Part shown: positions 55,482 through 64,000 of the stretch, in pieces | How the letters are laid out: each line of letters begins with the position of its first letter | How positions within the stretch are numbered: the stretch's first letter is position 1 | Made by a program: the position numbers and the translations under genes | The notes under the pieces: model-generated | Told to the model about the DNA's origin: nothing | Databases searched by the model: none | What the model saw: the letters and a program-made list of their open reading frames with translations, nothing else | DNA from: Patescibacteria group bacterium | GTDB lineage: Bacteria > Patescibacteriota > Minisyncoccia > Phycocordibacterales > JBBTRF01 | Direction: 5' to 3' | Length of the DNA: 64,000 nt | Assembly (NCBI GenBank): GCA_038065315.1 | Contig: JBBTRF010000001.1 | Span: 230,413 to 294,412, forward strand

Positions 55482-57830
55482 ATGCCACAAAAAAGTTCAA
55501 CAAAAAAATCTTCCGGAAAAATAAAGGCGATGGCGGAAGATGCGCCTGCGACACACGGCTTTGCTCGAAAAACCGGCAAAAAGTTGCTCATCGTCGAGTC
55601 TCCGGCGAAAGCGAAGACTATTTCTAAATATCTCGACGGCGAGTACACCGTGCGTGCGTCGGTTGGACACGTGCGTGACCTCCCAAAAAACAACAAGAAG
55701 GCCATCGACATCCCTGGCGGCTTTATCCCCCACTACGAAATTTCCAAAGGCAAAGAAAAAGTCGTCGCCGAATTGGCCGAGCTCGCCAAGACCGCTGAAG
55801 AAGTCCTCCTCGCCACCGACCCCGATCGAGAAGGCGAGGCTATTGCTTGGCACATTAAGGAGGCGTTGAAATTAAAAAACCCAAAACGTATCGTCTTCCA
55901 CGAAATCACCAAGGATGCGGTGAAAGAAGCGATGGAACATCCGCGCGACATCGACGAAAATCTGCGTCGTGCCCAAGAAGCCCGCCGCGTACTCGACCGA
56001 CTCGTGGGATATGACCTTTCCGGCCTCATCTGGAAGAAGGTGAGATACGGCCTTTCTGCTGGTCGCGTACAATCCCCCGCCTTGCGCATCATCATGGAGC
56101 GCGAGCGCGAGATTCGCGCCTTCATCCCCGAAGCGTTTTGGGTGATCAGTGCTGAAGTACAGCCAGCGACCACCTCAAAAGGCACCACCGCTCCGGCCTT
56201 CACCGTGACCTGCGTCGAAGAGCCGCGCGATCAGAAAGAAATGGAGCGTATCGTGGACGTCGGCACCAAAGCGGGCGAAGAAAACGGCTGGTACATCTCC
56301 GGCATTTCCGAAACCGACACCAAGCGTTCGCCAAAAGCGCCATTCATCACTTCCACTCTCCAACAAGCCGCGAGCTCACGACTCGGCTACGCTCCTTCCC
56401 GCACCATGGGTATCGCCCAGAAGCTGTACGAAGCAGGCCACATCAGCTACATGCGTACTGACAGCACTAACCTCAGCCAGCAAGCTTTGACGCAGATTTA
56501 CTCGACCATCGAGAGCACTTGGGGCAAGGAGTATCTTAATCCGCGTGTCTTCACGACCAAAAGCAAGAACGCTCAAGAGGCGCACGAAGCGATCCGTCCG
56601 ACCAACATCGGCCAACGCACTGCTGGCTCCGCACCCGAGCAGGAGGCACTCTATGAATTGATCTGGCAGCGCACTGTCGCCTCACAAATGTCGGACGCAC
56701 GCATTATGCGCACCAAGGTCACCGCCAATATTACGGCGGAAGTGCTTGCGAAGCTCGGGGCAAAGGAGATTCCCGACTTCACCATCAATGGCTCACGTGT
56801 TCTTTTCCCAGGTTGGATTGCTGCCGACCCAGAAGCTCGCGGCGAGGATGTTGAAGTACCGAAAGTGTCAAAAGACGAAGCGCTGTCGCTCATCGCCATG
56901 AAGACCGACGCCAAAACCACCGAACCACCGGGCCGATACTCCGAAGCCGGCCTCGTGAAAGAGCTCGAAAAGCGTGGCATCGGCCGACCATCGACCTACG
57001 CGTCCATCATCAAGACTATTGAGGAACGCGAGTATGTTGTGAAGGAGCAAAAAGCCCTCAAGCCCACCGACACAGGTGACGTGGTGAGCTCGTTCCTGGA
57101 AAACAATTTTGCCGAATACATCAGCGACACCTTCACCGCCGACATGGAAGACAAGCTCGACGATATCGCGCTTGGAAAGGCGGAGTATGAAAAAACGCTA
57201 AAGAATTTCTATACGCCGTTTCAAAAAGATATCAAGGCCAAAGAAAAGACCGCGAAGGCCACCGACCTCGGTGCCGCGCCCGATGAATTCAAGTGCCCTG
57301 TCTGCGGCGGTGACATGATCATTAAACTCGGACGTACCGGCAAGTTTTTGAGTTGCGCGAAGTTCCCGGACTGTACTGGAGCGCGCACATTTGAAGGCAA
57401 GGAGCTGGCAGGACCGAAAGAAACCGGCGAAGCTTGCCCAGAATGCGGCAAGGGCAAACTCATCGAGCGCGAAGGCCGGTTTGGCAAATTCATTTGCTGC
57501 AACCTGTATCCGAAGTGCAAGTTCATCAAGAAAGACGCAGAGCTAGAGCGCCAAAACTCCACCGGCGTCGCCTGCCCAATGTGCGGCACTGGAATGATGA
57601 CCGAACGCCGCGGTCGCTTTGGACTTTTCTACAGTTGCTCCAACTATCCGAAGTGCAAGAACGCGATCAAGGCCAAGCCGACCGGCAATATCTGCTCACA
57701 TGGTCGCGACAAAGGCGATGGCAAAGGTTTAACCCCCTGCGGCGCCCTCATGATGGCCGGTACCAAGACCATCCCAGAACGCTGCTCCGACAAAACCTGT
57801 CCGAATCACAATCCGCACAAGTTGGTGTAG
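55482..57830 (+). CDS. topA: DNA topoisomerase I with C-terminal zinc-ribbon repeats
   Basis: TOPRIM (LLIVESPAKAKTI), catalytic Tyr region (GHISYMRTDST) and three or more C4 zinc ribbons (CPVCGG..C..C; CPECG; CPMCG). Confidence 0.9.
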   Translation: MPQKSSTKKSSGKIKAMAEDAPATHGFARKTGKKLLIVESPAKAKTISKYLDGEYTVRASVGHVRDLPKNNKKAIDIPGGFIPHYEISKGKEKVVAELAELAKTAEEVLLATDPDREGEAIAWHIKEALKLKNPKRIVFHEITKDAVKEAMEHPRDIDENLRRAQEARRVLDRLVGYDLSGLIWKKVRYGLSAGRVQSPALRIIMEREREIRAFIPEAFWVISAEVQPATTSKGTTAPAFTVTCVEEPRDQKEMERIVDVGTKAGEENGWYISGISETDTKRSPKAPFITSTLQQAASSRLGYAPSRTMGIAQKLYEAGHISYMRTDSTNLSQQALTQIYSTIESTWGKEYLNPRVFTTKSKNAQEAHEAIRPTNIGQRTAGSAPEQEALYELIWQRTVASQMSDARIMRTKVTANITAEVLAKLGAKEIPDFTINGSRVLFPGWIAADPEARGEDVEVPKVSKDEALSLIAMKTDAKTTEPPGRYSEAGLVKELEKRGIGRPSTYASIIKTIEEREYVVKEQKALKPTDTGDVVSSFLENNFAEYISDTFTADMEDKLDDIALGKAEYEKTLKNFYTPFQKDIKAKEKTAKATDLGAAPDEFKCPVCGGDMIIKLGRTGKFLSCAKFPDCTGARTFEGKELAGPKETGEACPECGKGKLIEREGRFGKFICCNLYPKCKFIKKDAELERQNSTGVACPMCGTGMMTERRGRFGLFYSCSNYPKCKNAIKAKPTGNICSHGRDKGDGKGLTPCGALMMAGTKTIPERCSDKTCPNHNPHKLV

Positions 57831-57890
57831 AGACGCACCACTAGCCGCAAAAGTTATCAACACCTCGGATTTCACCACATTTGACGAAAT

Positions 57891-58640
57891 GTGGCAATTT
57901 ATGCTATTATACTTGGCAGTCAACCGCAACCCTTAGCACGCAGAACATCCTCTATGACCGCTCTTTTACCACCAGCCCGCGGAGACGCGGACCTTGAGCT
58001 CGTCGTCCCAACTCGGCTGCAAACGCCCGGGCCGACGACCGCACCGAAGTTCAAGTGGGAGAACGTCCCCATCTTCTTGAGTGCCTATACGCCCGAGGAA
58101 GCCTACCAAGCCCACGAGGCTGTCAGACAAGTCTTCAATGCCACCGTTGCCCAATGCGCGGTCGACGGCCTCAAGGTTATCGGCAGCCACGAAGCCTGGA
58201 GAAACACCTTCGGCATGACCTCCAGCCTCCCCACCCTCTACGACCTCATGGTCGAGACTGGGTGGCGGAAGCAAGGTTCCGAAAGCTACCGCGCCGAAGT
58301 GCGCAGGAACTTGGCGATGATGCTGCGCGAAACTGCGATGGTCCAGGCGGACTTGTCCAGAGTCCGCTTCGGCATCCGCAACAGCTCGCATTTGATCGTT
58401 GATTCCGGCCCAAACTACGAAAAGGCCGACGCAATGATCCGGATCACGGAAAACGTCTTCGCTGGCGTCGCCCGTTTCTTCCATAGCTCGTCCACGAACA
58501 CGTTTCTCGTGAGCGACCCGCACGGCTTCATCTTCCTCCACGCCCTCAAGGCAAATGTGAAGGCACTCGGCTTCTGGGAAGTCCTGGCAGAAGAAGCAGA
58601 CCTCGCAGGAGACGAGGAAAGTTCCCTCGTAAGGCTGTGA
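57891..58640 (+). CDS. hypothetical protein
   Basis: 249-aa ORF with core-like composition; no motif recognised. Confidence 0.4.
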   Translation: MAIYAIILGSQPQPLARRTSSMTALLPPARGDADLELVVPTRLQTPGPTTAPKFKWENVPIFLSAYTPEEAYQAHEAVRQVFNATVAQCAVDGLKVIGSHEAWRNTFGMTSSLPTLYDLMVETGWRKQGSESYRAEVRRNLAMMLRETAMVQADLSRVRFGIRNSSHLIVDSGPNYEKADAMIRITENVFAGVARFFHSSSTNTFLVSDPHGFIFLHALKANVKALGFWEVLAEEADLAGDEESSLVRL

Positions 58641-58695
58641 ACAACCACACAACGACCTCCAGCACGACAGCGGACCGCAAGGCCCGCTGTTTTTC

Positions 58696-59712
58696 TTAGA
58701 CCACAAAATTATTCACTGAGTACAAATTGTCGTCATTTTCATCCGCCTTCTTCTCATCAACACTGCGGTCGTCGACAGGTGCTTCTGTTCCGACTTCTGG
58801 CTCTGCTATCACCGCAGAAATTTCTGAGACGACAGGCACCTGGATCGGTGCAACGGAAACCACCCCAGCCGCCGTCTTCTTGTGGATCAGCTCCATGAGT
58901 GTACGCAGATCGTCCGGGCCGAAATAATCAATAGTGATCTTGCCGCCTTTGTCGCGCTGTTCGATATGCACACGGGTGCCGAGGGTTTCGGTGAGCTTCT
59001 CCTCCATTTCGATAATGTCCGGCGCGATCATGCGCTCCTTCTTGCGAATCTTGTCAAAGGCAACACGTCGGGCGATCGCCTCAGCCTCACGCACGGTGAG
59101 CTTTTTCAAAATGATCTCCTTGAACAATACCAATTGCTCCTCCGGACGATCATTGAGCATCATCAGCGGACGCGCGTGACCTTCAGAAATGCGACCCATG
59201 GAAAGCGCTTCGAGCAATTCTGGTGGCATCGAAAGCAGGCGGAGTGTGTTGCTGACATATTCTCGGCTCTTGCCCATCTTCTCGGCGATCTGGCCGTGTT
59301 TGAACTTGAACTCTTCGACAAGGCGCTGGAAAGCGCGGGCACGGTCCACAGCATTGAGGTCCTCGCGCTGGAGGTTTTCAATGATGGCTAGCTCAAGCTT
59401 CACGCGGTCGCTCTCTTCAGAAGCGCGGATGAGGGTCGGCACCTGGCTGAGGCCGGCGATTTTCGAAGCGCGGAGACGGCGCTCGCCGGAAATGAGCTCG
59501 TATTCGGTGGAGAGACCGCCGTCAGCTTTCACTACTTCCTTGCGCGTCACCACAAGCGGCTGAAGGATGCCGTACATGCGGATGGATTCAGCGAGGTCTT
59601 TGAGGCGCAGTTCGTCGAATTCCTTGCGCGGCTGGAAAGGATTCGGGCGTACCTTGTCGATATCGATCCAAAAAATGGAGTCGCTGAAGAATTGTGATGC
59701 GGGAGGGGTCAT
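58696..59712 (-). CDS. parB: Chromosome partitioning protein ParB (Spo0J-like) with an acidic C-terminal tail
   Basis: ParB box GERRLRASKIAG, HTH, C-terminal dimerisation region. Start refined to MTPPASQ (ATG at 59712). No parA is seen in the window. Confidence 0.8.
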   Translation of the reverse strand: MTPPASQFFSDSIFWIDIDKVRPNPFQPRKEFDELRLKDLAESIRMYGILQPLVVTRKEVVKADGGLSTEYELISGERRLRASKIAGLSQVPTLIRASEESDRVKLELAIIENLQREDLNAVDRARAFQRLVEEFKFKHGQIAEKMGKSREYVSNTLRLLSMPPELLEALSMGRISEGHARPLMMLNDRPEEQLVLFKEIILKKLTVREAEAIARRVAFDKIRKKERMIAPDIIEMEEKLTETLGTRVHIEQRDKGGKITIDYFGPDDLRTLMELIHKKTAAGVVSVAPIQVPVVSEISAVIAEPEVGTEAPVDDRSVDEKKADENDDNLYSVNNFVV

Positions 59713-59865
59713 ACGAGATATTCTAGCATGCGTTGGCAAGAGGAGTGGCACAGGCGTGTGCATATCGCGAGGCGCCGCCCGTTGTCGCTTACGACCTGGC
59801 CTTGTCTCGCGAAAATTGATTTTTTGCCCAAAATTGCTACACTGGGCTAGGTTTTTCGAAGATAT

Positions 59866-59949
59866 GCCGGAGTGATGGAATGGCAGTCATGCACGACTCA
59901 AAATCGTGTGTCGCAAGACGTGTGGGTTCAAGTCCCACCTCCGGCACCA
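59866..59949 (+). tRNA. tRNA-Leu (anticodon CAA), long variable arm, CCA encoded
   Basis: Acceptor GCCGGAG/CTCCGGC, anticodon stem CACGA/TCGTG with loop CTCAAAA, extra arm, T-arm TGGG-TTCAAGT-CCCA, ACCA 3' end. Confidence 0.85.
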
Positions 59950-60063
59950 ACTTATTGTGTAGTGAATAGTCATTTGACTTCCCCACAGAAGTCACCTATA
60001 CTATAGGTACAAATGGCCGTAAGGCTCGGTCCCGCAAGGGATCAGAAAAGTTCGGAAACGCAG

Positions 60064-60462
60064 TCAGAGCATCGCTTTGATTGCGTTTTTGATTTGCATA
60101 AAAGAATCGTCAGTTGCAACACCCAACTTGTCGATAAAACGCTTCGTATCCACGGGACGAACTTGGGAAATAATCGCCATGCGCGCGAGGTCGTCATTAG
60201 ATATCGAACAAGCGACGTAGTATTTATTGTCCTTTTTAATTTTAGTAGTGAGTGGCACGATTAGTACGAGGTATTTATTGAACTTTTTTAATATTAAAAC
60301 AGGTCGTCGGAATTCGTCACCCTTTCCATCCTGCTCAAAGCCGATGTTTGCACCAAGTGCGATCCACCACACCTCTTTCTCACGAAAAAACAGGGTATCG
60401 ATATCCTTTCTATCATTGAGAATGGTCTTTTTCTGATGCCACTGCGGATAGTCTTTTTTCAC
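60064..60462 (-). CDS. Orphan MazF/PemK-like toxin-fold protein (AT-rich)
   Basis: EVWWIALGANIGFEQDGKGDEFRRPVLILKKF resembles the PemK/MazF core (GdI..vdl.p..G.Eq.g.RPalVl). No cognate antitoxin ORF is evident; sits between tRNA-Leu and miaA. Confidence 0.45.
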   Translation of the reverse strand: MKKDYPQWHQKKTILNDRKDIDTLFFREKEVWWIALGANIGFEQDGKGDEFRRPVLILKKFNKYLVLIVPLTTKIKKDNKYYVACSISNDDLARMAIISQVRPVDTKRFIDKLGVATDDSFMQIKNAIKAML

Positions 60463-60545
60463 ACATATATTTTCTCAAAAAGAAGAGCGGTCCGCACCTA
60501 TCCTCGCTTAAAATTATGTGGTGTGTATAATCAACAGTACTAAAA

Positions 60546-61499
60546 ATGTCTGAGTTAGAAAAAATAAAGATTCTTGTGATCGTCGGTCCGACCGCTTCTG
60601 GCAAGAGCGATTTAGCGGTGCACCTAGCGAAGCAGCTTGACGGCGAGGTGATTTCGGCGGATTCGCGTCAGGTATACAAAGGTCTCGATGTTGGCACTGG
60701 CAAGATCACGGCTGTCGAAATGCAGGGCGTGCGGCACCACCTCCTCGATGTCGCTTCCCCGTTGCGAAAATTCACCGTCGAGCGATACAAGAAGCTCGCC
60801 GCAAAGGCGATCGCGGACATCGCGAAGCGCGGCAAGCTGCCGATCATCTGCGGCGGCACCGGCTTCTATATCGACGCGCTCGTGGATGGTATCGTATTTC
60901 CTGATGTACCACCCAATCCAAAGCTTCGCGCAGAGCTCGCTAAAATCGGCAAAAAAGATCCGGCAGCGCTATTTGCACAACTAAAAGAGCTCGACCCAGA
61001 GCGCGCAGAAGCAATTGACCAACACAACCTGCGACGCGTGATTCGAGCGATCGAGATTGCAACAGCACTCGGAAAAGTGCCTAAAATTTCAAGTATGGAA
61101 AATACAGAGAACAGCTCGCCATACGACCCCATCTTCATCGGCGTCAATCCCGACACAGAGACACTGCGTGCGAAAATACAGACACGCCTCATCGAACGTA
61201 TCGACAAACAAGGCATGGTCGACGAAGCGCGTGCCCTGTATGACGGCGGCCTGTCGTGGAAACGCATGGAGGAGCTCGGACTCGAATATCGATATCTTGC
61301 GCTATTTCTTCAGCAGAAAATCACTCGCGAAAAAATGATCGATCGTCTCGGCTTCGAGATCTGGCACTACGCCAAACGCCAGCTTGCGTGGTTCAAAAGG
61401 AACAAACATATTCAGTGGTTTGAGAGCGGGACGGATGCGGCCATCTTAAAAAAGGTCAGAGGGTTTTTGGAGAAGATTGGTGGAAAAAAGACTACTTAA
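60546..61499 (+). CDS. miaA: tRNA dimethylallyltransferase (MiaA)
   Basis: P-loop GPTASGKS, DSRQVY and the rest of the MiaA fold. Confidence 0.9.
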   Translation: MSELEKIKILVIVGPTASGKSDLAVHLAKQLDGEVISADSRQVYKGLDVGTGKITAVEMQGVRHHLLDVASPLRKFTVERYKKLAAKAIADIAKRGKLPIICGGTGFYIDALVDGIVFPDVPPNPKLRAELAKIGKKDPAALFAQLKELDPERAEAIDQHNLRRVIRAIEIATALGKVPKISSMENTENSSPYDPIFIGVNPDTETLRAKIQTRLIERIDKQGMVDEARALYDGGLSWKRMEELGLEYRYLALFLQQKITREKMIDRLGFEIWHYAKRQLAWFKRNKHIQWFESGTDAAILKKVRGFLEKIGGKKTT

Positions 61500-61558
61500 C
61501 CAATAGAAAAGCCGCAAGGAGTAACCCCTGCGGCCATTGACTCACGACTAGACAACAA

Positions 61559-62365
61559 TCAGCCTTTGCGAGCTGCCTCCATCGCGGCGGCAAGCTTCTG
61601 CCATTCTTCGCGCTTTTTCGGCTTCCAGACGACATTCCTCGCAGCCACATCAGCGGCCACGAACACGTCGTCCTGCTGGTATTGCATGATGCGCTGACGA
61701 ACCAGCGGAATGACCGGCAAGGTCAACCCGACCCGAGGGCTAAACTCCTTCTCCACATCGAGCGAGCGATTGAGGAAGCAGAGGATGCCAGCAACGTGGG
61801 CACCATGACTTTCGATGAGGGCAACGAGCTCCGCCGTCGTGCTGAAGTTGTTGCACACGTCCTCAGTGATCCACCAGAATTCGCCCGCTTCGGGTTCGTG
61901 ACGATCGAAGACGAGCTTGGAGACTTCGCGAGAATTCGGAGTGGCGACAGCAGTGATCACCTTCTCGGGAAAGATGTATTGTCTCATATACTCGTCGTCA
62001 ATCCTCCCTGCAGCTTGAGCGAGAGCGCAGGCCAATGCCTTGCCACCCTCCGGTGCACCGATAAAACCAGCCGACACCTTTAAGGTGGGTCCGAGGTCTC
62101 GGTCCCAAATGTCGCTGATAAGCTGCCCGGCCAAATGCTTCAGGATCGGCGCATGCCGCTCCGCCTTTGCGAAGTTGACATACTCGTCACCGACATACTG
62201 CAATTTCTCAGCCTCGTATCGTCCAGCATAGCCGACGAGTGGTCCGAGGCGTTTCCCGCCAGGATCTTTTGGGCACTTGTAGTAGCCGCCACAACGCCTG
62301 AGCAGGTCGAGTGGATTTTGAATCCTGTCTGTGACACCCGGTTCGAACAATTGAATAGTTTGCAT
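61559..62365 (-). CDS. Phosphoribosyltransferase-family protein, putative divergent orotate PRTase
   Basis: PRPP-binding-like segment FWWITEDVCNNFSTTAE (acidic pair then T-T); adjacent to pyrF. At 268 aa it is longer than typical PyrE. Confidence 0.45.
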   Translation of the reverse strand: MQTIQLFEPGVTDRIQNPLDLLRRCGGYYKCPKDPGGKRLGPLVGYAGRYEAEKLQYVGDEYVNFAKAERHAPILKHLAGQLISDIWDRDLGPTLKVSAGFIGAPEGGKALACALAQAAGRIDDEYMRQYIFPEKVITAVATPNSREVSKLVFDRHEPEAGEFWWITEDVCNNFSTTAELVALIESHGAHVAGILCFLNRSLDVEKEFSPRVGLTLPVIPLVRQRIMQYQQDDVFVAADVAARNVVWKPKKREEWQKLAAAMEAARKG

Positions 62366-62394
62366 GTTCTCTCTTTCGTTTTGCGATCCGGCGT

Positions 62395-63270
62395 TTATTG
62401 CCGGAACTGGTTGATGGTTTCGTGCAGTTTGAGCGTCTCACGACGAGCAGCTTCGGCAAAATCCGTCCCGCTCGAAGCAAAGATGATGCCGCGAGAGGAG
62501 TTGATGATCATGCCGCCGCCATCGACGCGCTTGCCAGCTTTCACCGTCTTCTCGATATCGCCGCCCTGGGCTCCGATACCGGGAATGAGGATAGGCATGT
62601 CACCGACGATCCGACGGACATCTTTGAGCTCGTGTGGATACGTTGCCCCAACAACGACGGCACAGTTGCCGTTGTTGTTCCACTTACCAGCAACTTGTTC
62701 GGCGACCACCTGATAAAGTGGTTTTGTAATGGGACGAATCCCCATGACAGGGTCGGTATCCATCTCGCCAGTGAAGACTTGTAGGTCTTGAAACTCCCCG
62801 GCCCCTGGATTGGAGGTGCGACAGAGAATAATGATGCCTTTGTCTGTCCTGGCAAGGAAAGGAGCAAGCGCCTCTTTGCCCAAATAGGGGTGCACGGTGA
62901 GGGCATCGGCCTTCAGATAGTCGAAGGCAGCTTGCTCGTAACCGGCATTGGTATTGCCGATGTCGGCACGTTTGGCATCAAGGATGACAGGGACATTTGG
63001 AGCGACTTCATTGATGTGCTGGATCGTCGCACGAAGCGCCGCCAAACCCCTGTCTCCATGTGCTTCGTAGAAAGCGCTGTTCGGCTTGTAGGCGCAGACC
63101 ACATCCTTGGTAGCGTCAACGATCGCCGCATTGAAGCGATAGAGGGATGAGAAGACGCTTTCTTGGCGGATGTGTTCCGGAATCTTTTCGAGTTCGCTGT
63201 CGAGTCCGACGCACACCGACTTGCCTTGAGCCCACAGGGTTTCAAGCTTTTCACGGAAGGTTGAGTTCAT
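62395..63270 (-). CDS. pyrF: Orotidine 5'-phosphate decarboxylase, type 2
   Basis: VCVGLD, ILDAKRADIGNT (DxKxxDIGNT) and the C-terminal phosphate-binding region. Confidence 0.8.
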   Translation of the reverse strand: MNSTFREKLETLWAQGKSVCVGLDSELEKIPEHIRQESVFSSLYRFNAAIVDATKDVVCAYKPNSAFYEAHGDRGLAALRATIQHINEVAPNVPVILDAKRADIGNTNAGYEQAAFDYLKADALTVHPYLGKEALAPFLARTDKGIIILCRTSNPGAGEFQDLQVFTGEMDTDPVMGIRPITKPLYQVVAEQVAGKWNNNGNCAVVVGATYPHELKDVRRIVGDMPILIPGIGAQGGDIEKTVKAGKRVDGGGMIINSSRGIIFASSGTDFAEAARRETLKLHETINQFRQ

Positions 63271-63352
63271 AACAAGGAGACTGTCTCTGGGTTTCGGGTT
63301 GTGAATGTCCTATGATCAGCTAGTACGGCTAGCCACGGCATCCGTCCCAACA

Positions 63353-63970
63353 CTAGCACTTTGAGGATTTGGTAGCAAATGAATCAGTCTTTGTGGCCAC
63401 TCCCCTGTACATATATGCCAGCGGCATTGACCATGTTGAAAATGTGTCTAGTTTTTGGATATCGAACCCAGACCCGCGGATCAGCTTCTCTATTTCCCGA
63501 TCCAAATGGCAGCCACCGGCAAAACACTTCGAAAACGGTGTGCAGCATTTCTGAACAGCTGCGACAAAACGGTTCGGCGACTTTCCATGTTCGATGAAAG
63601 AAAAAGTTCCGCCCGGCTTCAGCACTCGCAACACCTCTTTCAATGCGAGCTGCGGATGCGGGATGGTGCACAGACTCCAAGTGGACACGACAGCATCGAC
63701 TGATGTGTCGGCGAGCGGGATCTGCTCTGCTGAGGCTTGGAGAAAGTCGACTGGGAATGCCGCTTTTTCGACTCTTCCTTTAGCGAGAACAAACAAATCG
63801 CGCGATGGATCGAGCGCGAACAATTTCGAAACGTTTCGATAATACGGCAAATTGAGTCCAGAACCGAAGCCGATCTCCAGCACGATACCGCTCGCCGCCT
63901 GAGCAACAGCAAGACGATGCTTCTCGAAGCTTTTTCGCTTCATCGCGCAGTCGAGAAAGAATGGGGTCAT
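63353..63970 (-). CDS. Class I SAM-dependent methyltransferase
   Basis: Motif I VLEIGFGSGLN and motif post-II LKPGGTFSF. Confidence 0.7.
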   Translation of the reverse strand: MTPFFLDCAMKRKSFEKHRLAVAQAASGIVLEIGFGSGLNLPYYRNVSKLFALDPSRDLFVLAKGRVEKAAFPVDFLQASAEQIPLADTSVDAVVSTWSLCTIPHPQLALKEVLRVLKPGGTFSFIEHGKSPNRFVAAVQKCCTPFSKCFAGGCHLDREIEKLIRGSGFDIQKLDTFSTWSMPLAYMYRGVATKTDSFATKSSKC

Positions 63971-64000
63971 TTTAGAAAATATCGTTACATCACCAGTTGC

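Noticed and set aside
1-64000. CRISPR arrays, rRNA genes, integrases/transposases
   Set aside because: No regularly spaced direct repeats were found, no rRNA-like conserved blocks, and no protein with integrase (R..HxxR..Y) or DDE transposase signatures. The islands seem to lack their own mobility genes in this window.

Overview
The window is a gene-dense bacterial chromosomal segment of roughly 57-60% GC, mostly coding on the minus strand. Its character (many small hypothetical proteins, low-complexity insertions in conserved enzymes, very large secreted/surface proteins, long GC-rich Pro/Ala linkers) suggests an uncultivated, possibly CPR/Patescibacteria-like lineage; this is inference only. 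Core genes recognised from motifs include uvrB, tgt, an S4-pseudouridine synthase, a LOG-family protein, an AlkD-like glycosylase, dnaX, dus, a membrane-anchored Clp-type ATPase, ftsQ, serS, dprA, topA, parB, miaA, pyrF and a pyrE-like PRTase, dinB, a secreted MsrA-MsrB fusion, a copper resistance operon (csoR, copB-type P1B-ATPase, multicopper oxidase, with a recognisable CsoR operator palindrome) and three tRNAs (Gln-UUG, Arg-UCU, Leu-CAA). AT-rich patches (about 33-40% GC) interrupt the core and look horizontally acquired. The first (1-4254) is a Sau3AI-like R-M system with RadC and a HEPN protein downstream of uvrB. The second (48.1-55.4 kb, next to tRNA-Arg) is a tightly packed six-gene minus-strand operon: RhuM-like, MazG-like, a GIY-YIG + P-loop ATPase (DUF2075-like) + LexA-like S24 peptidase fusion, an HTH-Panacea antitoxin with a RelE/ParE-like partner, and a DUF2779 nuclease-like protein. 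This operon is the best candidate for an undescribed DNA-damage-gated defence module. The third is an orphan MazF/PemK-like toxin next to tRNA-Leu. The window also carries a four-copy palindromic, roughly 90-bp repeat placed just 3' of gene stops, a second conserved upstream motif shared by two unrelated genes, and a hairpin-dense leader upstream of a TIM-barrel isomerase gene. No CRISPR array, rRNA or integrase was found.
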